Notes under the pieces: model-generated
Seen by the model: only the letters and a program-made list of their open reading frames with translations
Databases searched by the model: none
What the model was told of the DNA's origin: nothing
Made by a program: the position numbers and the translations under genes
Shown here: in pieces, positions 38,491-53,573 of the stretch
Layout: the number at the start of each line of letters is the position of its first letter
How positions within the stretch are numbered: the first letter of the stretch is position 1
Source: Octopus sinensis
Taxonomy: Eukaryota
NCBI RefSeq assembly: GCF_006345805.1
Contig: NC_043003.1
Coordinates: 98,580,001 to 98,644,000, forward strand
Length of the DNA: 64,000 nucleotides
Reading direction: 5' to 3'

Positions 38491-39268
38491 TAGTAAGAAA
38501 ATGAATGAAACAGACTGAAAATTTGTGAGTTTCTGAAATGACATACGGGCTCATGGATATTAGGATAAAATTCGGAATCCAAGACAGCAACAAGCATGTG
38601 TATTTAGTATATCCGATTAAACTTGATAGTCGTCTTTGCAGACAGTTTGAAAATTAATCCTTATACTTACTCATATGTGATAATGATGACTTTGTAAGAT
38701 AAACTTAAATCTAAATGAAAATTATATATAAAACAAAAACATGCAAGATCGAATGTCGCAAAATCACGTTTTAATTGCGCTCTCTCTTTCTCTCTCCATG
38801 TCTCCCTTTCTTTGTCTCTCTCTCTCTGTCTCTCTTCCCTCTCCCTCTCTTTCTCTCAATAACTACTATTATACTTGGTGTACATTATAACTGGATGATT
38901 GTTTTTGATATCCATTGATAATATCGAAGGCGTAACTCAATTTTCTCGTAAATTACTCGGTTATACATTTCAATCCGCTGTATTTTTTTCCTTTCTTTGT
39001 TATATTATCCACCCCAAGGTCAGGTCACGTACACAGCTCGCATATTAGTTCCCCTTCAAGTAGTTGTTATTGCTTGATCAGCGATGAAAATATATGGGCA
39101 TAGAGTGTTTATTGGAAGGAAGGCTGAGGAGCAGGTTTGCTAAAATATTTTGAATGCAAAAATAACTGTTTACAATGATACAGCTGAGTCACTTCAGTGA
39201 GCCATAACGTATATATTTTCTAGTAGACTCATATGTATATTTCATGAAAGTTGAATGAAAACATTATG

Positions 39269-39327
<59 letters not shown>

Positions 39328-40885
39328 TGGATGTCTTACAAAACTACTCTGCACCATACGATAACATCCATACCAGCAATTCAACATACTTCCATCATCA
39401 TCAGCTGCCCCACGGATATCACTATGTATGTATCTATGTATGTATGTATGTATGTATATGTATGTAACTGTGTATCTATGTATGTATTAGGTCTTTCAAT
39501 ACTGGTGACATGTAACCCAGTGCAGCTTGTCTCGTGATCAGGTCGTCGGCGACTAAACCGGCGACCCCAGCTTTCTTAGTGAGGGTGATATTTGGGCACA
39601 CAGTGGAATGAAATACAACTCCCGTCTAAAGGCAGAGGAAATTAAATGAGTAAACTACCATTCAATAAAATCAAGGGTAGATGATGCTCATCACTCGTGG
39701 TGAAGGTAATTCCTCCAGGAGAATGAAATGTCTGAAATAAAAACTGTCCAAACAAGACCAGCTGATATTATTTTGCACACACAAAAAAACCCAAAATGAT
39801 CACATCAGGATGTTATATGTTCATCTATAAACTATATCAGTGAAGGCATGAATGACAAAAGAAGTGTAGTTACATAATCACCTCCATTAGCTTACAGCTG
39901 TTTCGGATATAAGAAGTTTTGCACTCAGAGATGTGCGCCAGTGCGACATCCTATAGCGTAATATGAATGTTTATGCTCAATACTTATCTTCTCCTTCATA
40001 TAAGATATCAGATTGGAAAACATCAGTGAATTCACACCACTTCCTTGCACCGTTGATAAAAGTATATTGAGGCAAACAATTTAGACTGAAACCAATAACT
40101 CAGCAATCAACGAAGGAGACTGTACGCGTTCGCTCAACAAGTTAGAAACAGTAGCCAAATATCTGTCCAATCAAAACTTTGAGTGTTAAAAAGGAGAAGC
40201 ATATTGATTACTATGGCGCTGAATACAAGATGGGAGGGTAACTGTGGAATATACTCAATAACTGTAGTTCTGAGGTTGAAAAAAAAAACACTTTAAGTAA
40301 TGCAGAGTTGCCTCGCAAATTATCCGCACTGTTTTCCTTGTATCAGTGTGTTTACTTTAATTACAGAAAACACAAGGTTTACAGTCAAATCTCTCACACC
40401 ACAACAAAGTAAATAATACAGAATGAGATGTATTGAAATTGCCACCTAATATTAAGTTTAAAAATTTTTTTTGTAAAGCAAGAAACACAAATACTAAAGA
40501 TTAAATCTGAACAAAACAAACACAAGCTGATCAAATTGTCTTGCATATGAAACATAAAATTTGGGTAACTGACAAAAGTCTGACACGTGCTAACTTTTAG
40601 ATTATGGAAATGTGACACTTGAACTCACGAAGCAAACTTTTTTTTCTGTTTGCTTTTAATTTCCAAATATGGATGCAGATGAGATTGTGCTGTTTAGATG
40701 TTGGCTTCGAACCTTTGTGGATTCGCTTTTTATCCGAGAGCATGGCAACTTGAATAAGAGGTTTCTGCCATAGATTTGCGTGTAGAAATTGAATAACAGA
40801 AAACGCTTGTGAGAGTATTTTGGGGTCATAGATTCTTAGTCTCTCTCTCTCTCTCTCTCTTCTGTATACTATATATATTAATATA

Positions 40886-40919
<34 letters not shown>

Positions 40920-41528
40920 TATATATATATATGTATGTACATATGTATTTATGTGTGTATGTGTGTATGTGTGTATGCATGTATGCATGTACGTACGTAT
41001 GTACGTATGTATGTATGTGGGAACATGGCCATAAATATGTCTATCCACTTATATAATTTGGTAGCCAATTTCAGTGCTTGAACTACATGTTGTTAATGTT
41101 TATATGTAGCAGCAGCAGCAGTGGTGGTGGTGGTGTTGGTAGTGTTGATGTTGGTGGTGGTGGTGGTGGTGGTGGTGATAGTGTTAGTCTGGTTCTTTGA
41201 TATCTGTTGTCATTTGCTTTAGTATGTCAAAGAGAAATTTCGATATAATATATTTTCTTGTCAGCAGCAAATTGTAACAACTGCTTGGCAAATCTTGAAA
41301 CGTAACTATGTCACTAATGTTGTATGATCTTATCACCAATGTTGAGATGAAAAGTGCATAAGATTTCTCAGTTTTTTTATTCTATCGCATCACTGGTCAG
41401 TGCGCCGAGGTAATTTATAACATTTACTTTCAGATGTAGGATGCTTGTAGCTTCTTACACTTCGATGTCTAATGCTTGAAAATGTGGAAGTGATTACTGT
41501 GATGTTTTAGAAAATAGCGTGGATATAT

Positions 41529-41851
<323 letters not shown>

Positions 41852-42239
41852 TATATCATATACATTTTATAGATATGATATATATCTTAAGATGTATATC
41901 ACAGTTTTAGACCATAAAATCAACAACCAAATATGTACTATATTTACAGTGAGGAAATAATGTTCATATAAAGACGTATTCGTATAATAGAAAAGTTAAT
42001 TACAGTATGTTGAGAATAGAAATTACACTATGTATATCAGTTACTTTTGTATGCCTGAGCGTAGAGATTTCAGTTGTTGAGGTGAGCATTTTCAGTTTTC
42101 GTGACTTTTGGCAAGCAGGTATTGTTTCTTTATAGCTTTTTTTCTCTGTCAGCCATATAACGTTATCTGTATTGCCTTTGTTATTTTTCTGGGCCGGGAT
42201 TTGTGTAGTGATTATATTTTGATTCTGCGTTTTGAAACA

Positions 42240-42620
42240 GTAGATACCTCTTTTACGAGACCTATGAATTATGGCCTATAATGCTGTTCTCGTTTCAATC
42301 TTGCTATATGTCTACGAAACCTGTACTCTATTTCGGCGTGACATCCAAAAATTAGAACGCTTTCACCAGGAAATGAATGAAGCTTTTCCGTCCTTCAATC
42401 TTCAGCATCAAACCGAAACATTATGTGACCAACAACAAAGTCCTGGAAAGAGCCAACAGTCAGAGCATTGAATCGCTGATCATGAAACACTGTCACAACC
42501 TGTACCAAGAACGAAAGAGTCAAGGTTCCCATGCCTAGTTTTATTCAGCGAGCATACTTCAGGGAAAAGACCACGAGGCTGCTTTCTTCGAAGATACAAT
42601 GACCGACTCAAAGTAACACT
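42240..42620 (+). mobile_element. RTE-clade LINE 3' fragment
   Basis: YNAVLVSILLYVYETCTLFRRDIQKLERFHQ..VTNNKVLERA..SIESLIMKH..GKRPRG..RRYNDRLK. Confidence 0.8.
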
Positions 42621-42624
42621 TATT

Positions 42625-42840
42625 TCTTTACTACCCACAAGGGGCTAAACACAGAGGAGACAAACAAGGACAGACAGACGGATTAAGTCGATATCGACCC
42701 CAGTCCGTAACTGGTACTTAATTTATCGACTCCGAAAGGATGAAAGGCAAAGTCGACCTCGGCGGAATTTGAACTCAGAACGTAACGGCAGACGAAATAC
42801 GACCACGCATTTCGCCCGGCGTGCTAACGTTTCTGCCAAC
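42625..42840 (-). mobile_element. SINE family 2, full copy
   Basis: Colinear with 10005-10232. Other copies lie at about 1200-1345, 5420-5580, 12255-12460, 12490-12680, 16135-16250 and 63950-64000 (minus), and 24085-24260, 25120-25460 and 50050-50200 (plus). Confidence 0.85.
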
Positions 42841-43015
42841 ACTGAAAGCGACTGGACTTGTATCTAAACCGTTTGAAACAAAAGCCCGTGACCGTACCTA
42901 CTACTTATTCGCCCTCTATGTTTGTCTGTCCTTGTTTGTCCCATCTATGGTCGGCTTCCATAGCCAATTTATGAAATAAAGAAGCTTCCTTCCCAACATT
43001 ATGGTTCCTGTTCAG

Positions 43016-43115
43016 NNNNNNNNNNNNNNNNNNNNNNNNNNNNNNNNNNNNNNNNNNNNNNNNNNNNNNNNNNNNNNNNNNNNNNNNNNNNNNNNNNNNN
43101 NNNNNNNNNNNNNNN
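43016..43115. other. Assembly gap (100 N)
   Basis: Run of N. The round length suggests a gap of unknown size. Confidence 1.
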
Positions 43116-44109
43116 ATATAGATATCTATTATAATTATTATTGCAGGGTTGCAGGGACGCAGAAAAATAATTGTAAATTATGAGTTTCATTCATAATGAA
43201 TTTGCAAATCTATCAGCAATTTAATTGAGTCATTAACCTCTAGATGCCATAGTGTCAAGATGTATCATATCGGTTTCACATCGTCAACCAGAAGTGATTA
43301 AATTATAATCGGAACTGGAAGTGCTCAATATGTTTGCGGCACATTCAGGAAACGGACAATTACAATTTTGAAGCTAATCAAAAAATATGGGCTTGATTAA
43401 GTGAACCAGTAAAACGTCTGTAAACTTTCTTTGCTTGTTTCTTTCTTTCTTTCTTTTTTCTTTCTTTCTTTTTCAAGATGTTGGAGCGTCTCTGTGTTTA
43501 CTGTACATGCTAAAAATAATGAACAAATCTCATCAATGGAGAAAGATTCATTGGATAATGTAATGAATGCTACATACACATGAAAAAAAAATTACAGAAG
43601 CAAGGATGATCACGGTCAGAACGGCTTTTCCTATAGATTTACTGGATTCGGGTCGACCTGGGACTATATATTTTAGTAATGCATTTTTTTTAATCCTGTA
43701 ATATTTATTTTTAATATGTCTCTTAACATAATCGGAAATTATATTTTCCGGAGACTGATATTAACATTCATTTTGGCGACACTGTTTCTTTTTCTTTCAA
43801 TACTTCTTAAGTTTATTTCCTTCATTAATTGATATTGAATTAATAATATTAATAAAACGGAATCATCATGCAGTACGAGAAATTACTTCCTTCCTCATGT
43901 TTTTAAAAACTATACTCATTTACAAAATTTAATGTACTATACTGTGTGGGCAGATATTCATTTTTGAATGCATGTGTTATTGGAGATTTTTAAAATAACA
44001 GTCAGAGAATGTCAATAAGCTTAAATGCCAAGAGGATAGAAGAAATATAATGTTTCGGTGTAAAGTCATTTGTCGGAATAATGAACAACATTATTACTCC
44101 GTCAAAGGA

Positions 44110-44170
44110 TCGACAACTGCAAGACATTTGGGTTGATGTACTATTATAACCGACACCGAGCCCCGCCTGT
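44110..44170 (-). promoter_or_regulatory. Possible Pol II core promoter (GC box, TATA-like, Inr-like)
   Basis: Minus strand GGCGGGGC, then TATAATAG starting at 44148, then TGCAGTT with its A at 44118, 30 nt from the TATA start. The motifs are short. Confidence 0.2.
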
Positions 44171-44839
44171 TTGCTCTCACTTTCCAGATTCTGCACTTTC
44201 GTATATAAATTTTATAATAAGACGGAAATATTGAGTATTAAATATGAATGATTATCTCTACCATTCCGATTGCAGTTCTGATCATACGATTTTTCTCAGA
44301 ACAGAGAAAGGTTTTCTATTTTTTATCATAATCATTTGCTTCTTTTTTTTCGCTTTTTCCTTTCTTTCTCTTTATTTGCATTCTTTTAAACTTTCTTTTT
44401 CTCAGAACCTATGCAGTAAGTTTGTTGGCAAGCTAAGTTCACATTGAACGTAAGTAACTCTGTTATTCTTGCTTTGATTTTCGAAAAAAATATTCACTTA
44501 CCCTCGTGCTGTTGATTACTGGATACGCCTGTTATAGAATTATTCATCATATGATAAAGGATTTCGTGTGATACGAGGGAGAGTTGATTACTACTTCAAA
44601 CTGAATGACCAATCACATAGATGCTACCTATGTTGTAGCTTGATCTGTTAGTTATATAAGCCTTATTTCCCACAAGTCGTCTCAAGAAAAACAGAAGATA
44701 TTGCATAATATGCCCAGCTTACAAGAAGCGTGATGGAGGCCTAAAAAAACGTATTAGCACATAGTTCTGCAAGAACAGCTCTTATGTAAGACTAAACAAC
44801 AGAAACAACTACAACAACCATATTATAACTCGCATCGAC

Positions 44840-45130
44840 GGGCTCTGTTACCGGATGATAATTACACGATAAAAGATTATGAAATGGTGTATAATTTCCA
44901 ATTTCCTAGGAGACTTCTTTTTTTGCTTAGAAAATTACTTTGGTCGTCGTTTAGAATTAAATAGGATTACTTTAATTTGAATTAGATTATTAAAGCTTTA
45001 ATGAATTTTACACATGACATTTAAAATACTTAATAGGCTGTCAACCAAAATAATCTTGTCACAAAATATGACAATAAATATAGTTGCAACTTAGACACAA
45101 AAGCTCTGCGAGCCAAATGTTGGAAACTGA
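44840..45130 (+). repeat. Unclassified AT-rich interspersed repeat, copy 1
   Basis: Aligns in direct orientation with about 51010-51290 (gataattacacgat...aatttccta...tcgtcgttta.aattaaataggatt...taataggctgtcaac). Confidence 0.7.
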
Positions 45131-46111
45131 TATTATATATATATATTATATATATTATATATATATTATATTAAATTAGAGATAAAACCACTATTAGGCA
45201 AATCAAACAGTGAAAATCATAAGCCAATACATAGAAATAAAATTAATTAAAAAATATAATATAAAATATAAAAATCCAATTAAAATATTCAAATTAAAGT
45301 TAAAATTAAAAAAATTATTCAAATAATAATTTAAACTTATAATTAATTATAAATATATTTAGTATTATTATTTAATTATTCCTTTTTTTATTTAAATTAT
45401 TATTATTTTTTTAAATATTTTTATATTTTTTATATTTTTATATTTATTTATTTATTTATTTTTTTATAAACTATCAAAAAGTATTAAAAGTTTAATAAGA
45501 TAAAAAGTATATATATTATATATATATATTAAAAATAAATATACACGTATATGCAGACATATATAGTTGATAGACGCACATAAGACGCGTCAGTAAAGTT
45601 TTAGTCTGATTAAACAAGATATTGAATCACTGAGAATGCACAATAACTGAGCAATTTGTCTGGGATATGGCTTTATGTATATGTGAATTTAACTGAAAAA
45701 TTGAGCCACAAAATTACTGTGTGAAGAAAATATGAGATATTTACCCCTAGTTACATGGCGGAACATCTTGTTGATCCTGTGGCAACTCACCCCACGAATC
45801 ACTTTTAATTTAAAGGTAGTTACTCGCATGGTCACTGAACATATAGGGGAGGTTGGTATCACAAGTAACTGGTATATAAATCGGCAAGGAATGGCCAAGC
45901 GATAAAAGCAGTTACGTTGTTTATCACTGAGAAAATAATAAGCTTCTTAGAAAAGTAGTGAAAAATACGTTCGGAGTGGTCTCGTGGTGGAACATAATTT
46001 AGGATGCTTAAACACATTCCATTATGCACACAAATCTAGCAGGAAAATGTTACTTTAACTTAGCGAGATATTTAATTAATTAGAATGTACAAAGACTCCA
46101 CAGATAGTCGG

Positions 46112-46306
46112 AATCTATTCCATTTGACGGCTAGATTTTTTAATATTTTTTTAACACTTTAAAACCTCGGATACTGACAAAATTTTGTCAAAAACGTTAA
46201 GAGTAAATCCTGTTCTGTGTGGCATATTCTACCAATATCCAAAGTTTGAAAGTGTTTATTAAAACAATTATAATTAAAAAATCTGTCCGTCAAATGGAAT
46301 AGATCT
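46112..46306. mobile_element. 195-bp MITE with about 33-bp TIRs and a 9-bp target-site duplication
   Basis: TIRs a(g)atctattccatttgacgg..agattttttaat. GATAGTCGG is repeated directly at 46103-11 and 46307-15. Internal 16-bp palindrome at 46175-90. Confidence 0.85.
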
Positions 46307-46423
46307 GATAGTCGGTGGTATTAGTGTGTATATAGTTAAGTTAAGTTAAGTTAAACCCATTGGAAAGGTCGCAGAAAAAGCAGAAAAAGATGGCTCTTCT
46401 CAAATATAACAATATTAGTCTCA

Positions 46424-46995
<572 letters not shown>

Positions 46996-47308
46996 TAGGA
47001 TAAAATTCTTTTCGAAAAAAATTTTGTTAATGGCCAGCATATTAAAAAATACCTTTAAAGGTTAAAATTATAAATAACTTATAAATAAGGCCACATTTAT
47101 CACCGACGAAAGGAGGGTTCTTACGAACTAACCCTGAAATCGGTCCGATATGGTAATGATGGAATTTTTTTAGATATTTCTGTCGGTTTTTTTTTCGAGT
47201 AGCGTGCGTATTGTGATAAATTATATGGTAATGGACAATATGTCCAATTTTTCGGCATATTTGGCATTAGAATTTTTTTCGTTTGCCCTTATTTATAAGT
47301 ATATATAT

Positions 47309-47341
<33 letters not shown>

Positions 47342-47589
47342 GTATCTGTGTGTGAGAGCACGCGCCAAATGTGTGTATGGAAATATAAATACGTTCATTT
47401 CTATACCTATGTCCAGCTATCTAACTATATGTGTGTGCATGTTTGTGCCTCTGTGTGTGCGTGCACGTGCATGTGTGTGTATGTGCGTGTGTGTTGTGCG
47501 TGTGTGCCAGTGTGTGTGTGTGTGTGTGTGTGTGTGCTGGAACCAATATTGTTATATCTTAGAAAGATCATCTATTTCTGAGATCTTTC

Positions 47590-48000
47590 CAACTGGCTTA
47601 AATTTTCAGATGATTTTGGTTTTTCCGGCTGATTTTTCAAAGAGTTTTTCTATTTGATAGTTATATTGTATGGCAATTTGTTTTATTCGTTTTCATGTAT
47701 GTTTGTATATTTTGCTTCCTTTCATTGTTGCCAATATAAAAACAGCTGCTTGCATATATTGTTGGAGTAAGTTTGTTTTAGTTTCATTATATACTTATCA
47801 TTGTATTAGTCAGTGTGGTGCTGGGTTGTAGTTAAGAGACGCTGTATTCTATTTCTTTTTTTATTATTCTTTAAGTGTGAATGTGTGTGAGGTGCGATTA
47901 TATGCTCCCTGTAATCTGTTTTAGTTTTAGGTTTTTCCAAAATTTATATTTATCCAGAGTGTTTTTGTATAACATGTTGATAGAGTATAAATGGTTGTTT
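47590..48000 (-). mobile_element. Probable very old Penelope GIY-YIG remnant
   Basis: Minus strand IYASSCFYIGNNERK; composition is typical of decayed PLE sequence. The match is weak. Confidence 0.35.
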
Positions 48001-48125
48001 CTCTTTATTGTATTGTAGCTATTCTTCAAATATTTCGGCGGTATTGCTGGCCATTTCTCTTGTATAGGCTTATTGTGATCTTAATTCTGCATATCATGTA
48101 TGTATGTATCTATATATATAATTAT

Positions 48126-48176
<51 letters not shown>

Positions 48177-48244
48177 TAGATATAGATATGTTGCTCCAAG
48201 CCATGTCTAACTTAATAGCACCACCTGATAGGATTATCTAAATC

Positions 48245-48690
48245 TGTTTAAGTCAAGTTTTGTTATGGTCCATTCGTGTAGTAAGTTCTTGTTAACTGAG
48301 TTTTATCCAGGTTTGGGTGGCTTATCCGGTATTCCTTGAAGAAATCTGTCCAGACTCTGTTTAAAGGTGTTGGGATCCTTTTCCACTTTGATCTCTTTCG
48401 GGGTAAAGTTAAACGGCAGGCCTGTTGAGGAAAATAAATTATGTCGCAGTGTACCTATATGCTGTGATCCTGAATTGGGCAGGGGATCTATGGCCCATGG
48501 TCCTAGCCTTGGATGAACCTTGAAACTAATGTTCAGGACATTTGGGCAATGCCGACGGTATATTCTCCATATTCTACGTATGATATACTGCTCGCGGCGG
48601 CGCTGGAGAGTGTAGAGTTTCAAGGCTTTAAAGCGGTCCCAATAATCGAGATCAGTCATGCCTTCAATTCGTTTAGTATATATATATATA
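48245..48690 (-). mobile_element. CR1/L2-like LINE 3' end
   Basis: TKRIEGMTDLDYWDRFKALKLYTLQRRREQYII...FNFTPKEIK..FKQSLDRFLQGIPDKP. Confidence 0.85.
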
Positions 48691-49099
48691 TATATATATA
48701 TTTGGTACCAACCCACAGATAAGCTACAAAAGAAATGTGCCAGACGTCCTTGACGTTTTGAGTTTTGAGCCTACACTCTTCTGCAGAAACGAACGAGGAC
48801 AGAAAACAGATGGAGAAAGAAAAAGTGCTGAGAAGAAAATCGTATCTGGATTAACGGTTGCAGAACGAAATAGCTCACTTCTCGGTCCGTCCACACATAG
48901 AAACACTTACACACTCATATATCATGAGTACGACAATAATTCTACCTCATCTCCAACAGAATGGATAATTAGACTAATGTGACCAACAAATTTGTCAGTG
49001 CATAACTTTACGCGTCTATGATGATAGGTTTAAATGAGAATTCATAGTAGGGTATGTGAGCTGTAAGTTCCGCATTAATTCGCCATAGTGGCATGCATA

Positions 49100-49522
49100 T
49101 ATGTACTCTTTTTTACTCTTTTACTCTTTTACTTGTTTCAGTCATTTGACTGCGGCCATGCTGGAGCACCACCTTTAGTCAAGCAACTCGACCCCGGGAC
49201 TTATTCTTTGTAAGCCCAGTACTTATTCTATCGGTCTCTTTTGCCGAACCGCTAAGTGACGGGGACGTAAATACACCAGCATCGGTTGTCAAGCAATGCT
49301 AGGGGGACAAACACAGACACACAAACACATACACATACACACATATATATATATACATATATACGACGGGCTTCTTTCAGTTTCCGTCTACCAAATCCGC
49401 TCACAAGGCCTTGGTCGGCCCGAGGCTATAGTAGAAGACACTTGTCCAAGGTGCCACGCAGTGGGACTGAACCCGGAACCATGTGGTTGGTAAACAAGCT
49501 ACTTTCCACACAGCCACTCCTA
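49100..49522 (-). mobile_element. SINE family 1, full copy
   Basis: Colinear with 25680-26042. Confidence 0.85.
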
Positions 49523-50214
49523 TGTAAATTTTTATGTCATGCATATATTGTTGTGAATATTCTACAATGAAGTTAAAAAATCTTCGATTTGTTATTAATA
49601 TTAATATTGTTATTAATATTAATATAATATACCTGCTAACTACCCAAAGAACTGCGTATTTCCTTATCGAGCACTTTTCACGCTTTTGATGCTCCATGCA
49701 TTTTGCTGCAACCGAGTTGCTGCACCTATAGGCGGGTCACTTCAGCTGATACATGTGATCTGTCACCATCACCCTGATATCGAACAACCTATTTCTTCGC
49801 CACATGGTAGGTATAACATAAACCCGGAATCCACCGAACCGGACGGCTACATTTCTGGCTTTTTTGTTATCGTTCGAATGGATGAAAGACAAACCTATCA
49901 AAATGAACGAGTTACTCACCCAGAGTGAGGGGGGATGCCAGAAGACTGGACAAACCACACAAGGCGTTATAGCCAACGCTCTTCCGACCCTACAAGCTCT
50001 CAACCTTAATAGTATGTACGAATATTAACTGATATTAATATTTCTCCGTCCTTACGTTTTCACTTCAAATTCTGCCGAGGTCAACGTTTCCTTTCATACC
50101 TTTCGGGGTTGATAAAATATGTACCAATTGTGTAGTAGTGACGATGTAATCGACTAACTCCATACCCCTAAAGTGCTGGCCTTGTGTCATAATTTGAAAC
50201 AAATATTCGTAGTT

Positions 50215-50349
50215 TAGGCGTACGAACCACATGGTTCCGGGTTCAGTCCCACTGCGTGACATCTTGGGCAAGTGTCTTCTACTATAGCTTTGGGCCGACC
50301 AAAGCCTTGTGAGTGGATTTGGTAGACGGAAACTGAAAGAAGCCCGTCG

Positions 50350-50396
<47 letters not shown>

Positions 50397-50625
50397 ATGT
50401 GTGTGTGTGTGTATGTATGTTTGTGAGTCTGTGTTTGTCCCCCTAACATTACTTGACAACCGACGCTGGTGTGTTTACATCCCCGTAACTTAGCAGTTCG
50501 GCAAAAATGACCGATAGAATAAGTACTAGGCTTACAAAGAATAAGTCCTGGAGTCGATTTCCTCGACTAAACACGGTGTTCCAGCATGGCCACAGTCAAA
50601 TGACTGAAACAAGTAAAAGAGTTAA
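50215..50625 (+). mobile_element. SINE family 1: tRNA-like head, internal (TA)n(TG)n tract, tail
   Basis: B-box-like GGTTCAGTCCC, then CTTGGGCAAGTGTC, the microsatellite, and a tail ending GTCAAATGACTGAAACAAGTAAAAGAG. Confidence 0.85.
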
Positions 50626-50937
50626 GAGAGTTCTGCCTGTATAGCATTGTATGTATATTACACATTATACATGTATGGAAAGGAATGCATATATTGTTTT
50701 AAAGCCGAAGAGTATGCTTTTGCATGGACTGCAAGATACAGCAGCTAAATATCCCTTACATCTCATCTAACGTCCGTAAGAGATGAACACAAGAAGTAAT
50801 GTAATCCTATATATACTGTGTTGTATATATACATAAAAGATGAGACTGTAATAGTTGTTGTATTTGATCATAAGATCTAGTATAACACTGCTGACCTTTG
50901 GCTAAAAAAATAACAAAACAGTAAGAACAACAACAAA

Positions 50938-50970
<33 letters not shown>

Positions 50971-52059
50971 ACTACTACTACTACTACTACTACTTCTCAA
51001 GCCCAATGCTTCTTTTACCGTGAGGTGATAATTACACGATTGGAGATTAAATAAATGGTATATAGTTTCTAATTTCCTACGAGATATATTTTTTTTCATG
51101 CTTAGGAAATTTACTTTGATCGTCGTTTACAATTAAATAGGATTAATTTAATTTTAATTCAATTATCTAAGCCTTAATGAATTTCACACATGTCTTTAAA
51201 TATTTAATAGGCTGTCAACTAAAACTCCCTTGTCATTCAAATACAATTCGAGCTATCGAGCCAAACCTCTGGGAGCCGAATGTTTATAATCTGTTTGGTA
51301 TAAAAGATTGAAAATGGATCTACATACACCCCGTATATATACATACCCACAGTCCTCCACACTGAATTCTCACTCCATCCGTATACATACATACATACAT
51401 GCATGCAACACACATACTATATTTTTACGACTCTATCTTTCCTGCATCTCTACTTCCTCTCACATCTCACACTTAATTGCAAACTGTCTCCCTTCCTTCC
51501 CCTGTTCTCTCTCTCTCTCTCTGCCGCTCTCTCTCTCATCTCCCTCCCGTCAATTTTCCACCCACACGTGACCCGTGACTGATTTTCTGTTCTGTGCCTT
51601 TTCGCTACCGGACGCCTAGCGTGCTGGTAGACTTTTTCTCTTCTCTTACTATTTTTTTATATCCATTTGAGGATTTCGTCCCGACGTTAACCATCACTCT
51701 CACGTTTGGCCGAAAGGCTTTATTTATTGTCTTAGTCTATCGTACGTACCCCATCTGTATTGCTTTGTTTACTCTAGCCCTAATTCTACGCAAATCTTGC
51801 GTGTGCCGCCGATATACGACGTTCCTAGTTTTAGCATTAAAGGTACGAAACTGGGTAATAGTATTTTGGGTCGATAACTGAAGAAGGATTAGGGTCCTTG
51901 CGTCTGTCTTACGTGTACGTTTTGTAGTATTTAATGCAGTTTTCATTTATGGAATAACTGACCGCCTCATATATATATATACACAACATATATATACAAC
52001 ACACACACACACACACATAAATCGTTATGGTGATACAAACAGTGATTCATAGTCCTAGA

Positions 52060-52415
52060 TAAGCACCAGCTCACGAAACACCCTGGACATTAAGTTACTC
52101 TTTTGCTTGTTTTTACCCCTCTGCGAGGTAATTTTATTTTAATTCTCTCGCAGGAAGGAGTACTTTGGCGAGTCGTGTTCTGTCTTGCCTTCGAAACACG
52201 CTGATGAAGGGGATTTTTCCTTGTGTAGTATGTCCTGTACTCTGTTTTTCTGTTGTAAAAAAATGTTTTTTCCGTTTTCGTTTCTCGTTGAGTTCTACGT
52301 CTAGTTGTGGTGTCCTGTACTCACGTATATATATTTATATATGCATGTATATATACATGTAGATGTAGGTACGTACATATATGTTTGTATGTATGCATAT
52401 ATTTTATTTATTACA
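52060..52415 (+). mobile_element. pLTR-like repeat, family 2, with an internal deletion
   Basis: Matches 21112-21480 in reverse, with the segment between two CTG motifs deleted. Confidence 0.65.
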
Positions 52416-53573
52416 CTATATATATATTACATACATACAGCCTTAGAATCCATTAATCTCTCTCTTTCACTCCCTCTCTCTGTATATCTATCTATCTATA
52501 TACATATATGTGTGTGTGTGTGTGTGTGTGTGTATCCAAATGATAAGAAGCAAACAACGAAAATTCTTTAACAGATCTTTAACGATTCGTTACAATTGTT
52601 TCTGTATCAACTCTGTTTGCAACAACAGTTTAGTCAAAATTTCGAAGTGAAAATTTATATAATGTTTGCGATTTTAGACATTAGAGAGGCACTTTATCAG
52701 ACTTGCACGAAAGGTGTGCTGTCACATTGTGCGTCTTCCAGACCATGTTTTTCTGGGTCTTATATCGGGAGGAAACAAAGAAAAAAGTAAGTGTGGATAT
52801 AGGATAAGTAAGAGGAGGTGGAGATTATGTAACAGGGGGAATCAAGTTGAAGGATATGCAGAAAAGGAACATACTACTATTCATACAATACATATAACTC
52901 CATTTCAGACGATTTTATAAAAGTTTATCAATCGATATAGCACACAGATTAGGGGGCAACCTACAATGGCATTCAGGAAGGCTGGTAAATAAAAGTACTG
53001 CGACGGCTTTCTATTGCTGGATACCATTGCTGGAAGTATAACATTTATGTAGGTGATGCGACAAAAGAGGGAATGAGAAATCCACAAACTGGATGTGACG
53101 TTTTCTAACTGCCAGCATGAGGGAGCCGTTTGCATACTCTTTTGATGAGCTCAGTTTTAGATTCCCCGCCCCATATCTCCGGTGTGAAACTGATTCATAA
53201 AAACCAGCTAAAGTGAATGTGTGTGTGTGCGTGTGTCTATATGTATATACATATATATGTGTGTGTGTACGTATGTGTATGTGTGTGTGTATGTATCTAT
53301 ATATGTACAATCAATGGTCCTTCTCTAGTCATAGAAGCATAAGGCTGGTCTCCGGTTTCTGTGATACACATACACACCACTCGACGTGACGCCAGTCTGT
53401 CGGAGGATTACTCATGTTCACCAGGTAAGTGAACTTGAGCAAGGTGAAATGAAGTATTTTGCTCAAGACCACAACGCATCATCCTGCTTCAGAATCGAAG
53501 TTACGATCTTACGATCAGTGGTGCAATCTCCTTACCACCAGGTCACGCGTATCGATATATATATAATAATATA

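Noticed and set aside
37844-38597. ORFs of 229-249 aa, the longest in the track
   Set aside because: Translations of the polypurine/polypyrimidine repeat.
44571-44800. Possible mariner end (TACGAGGG...)
   Set aside because: No matching second TIR or translatable transposase was found.
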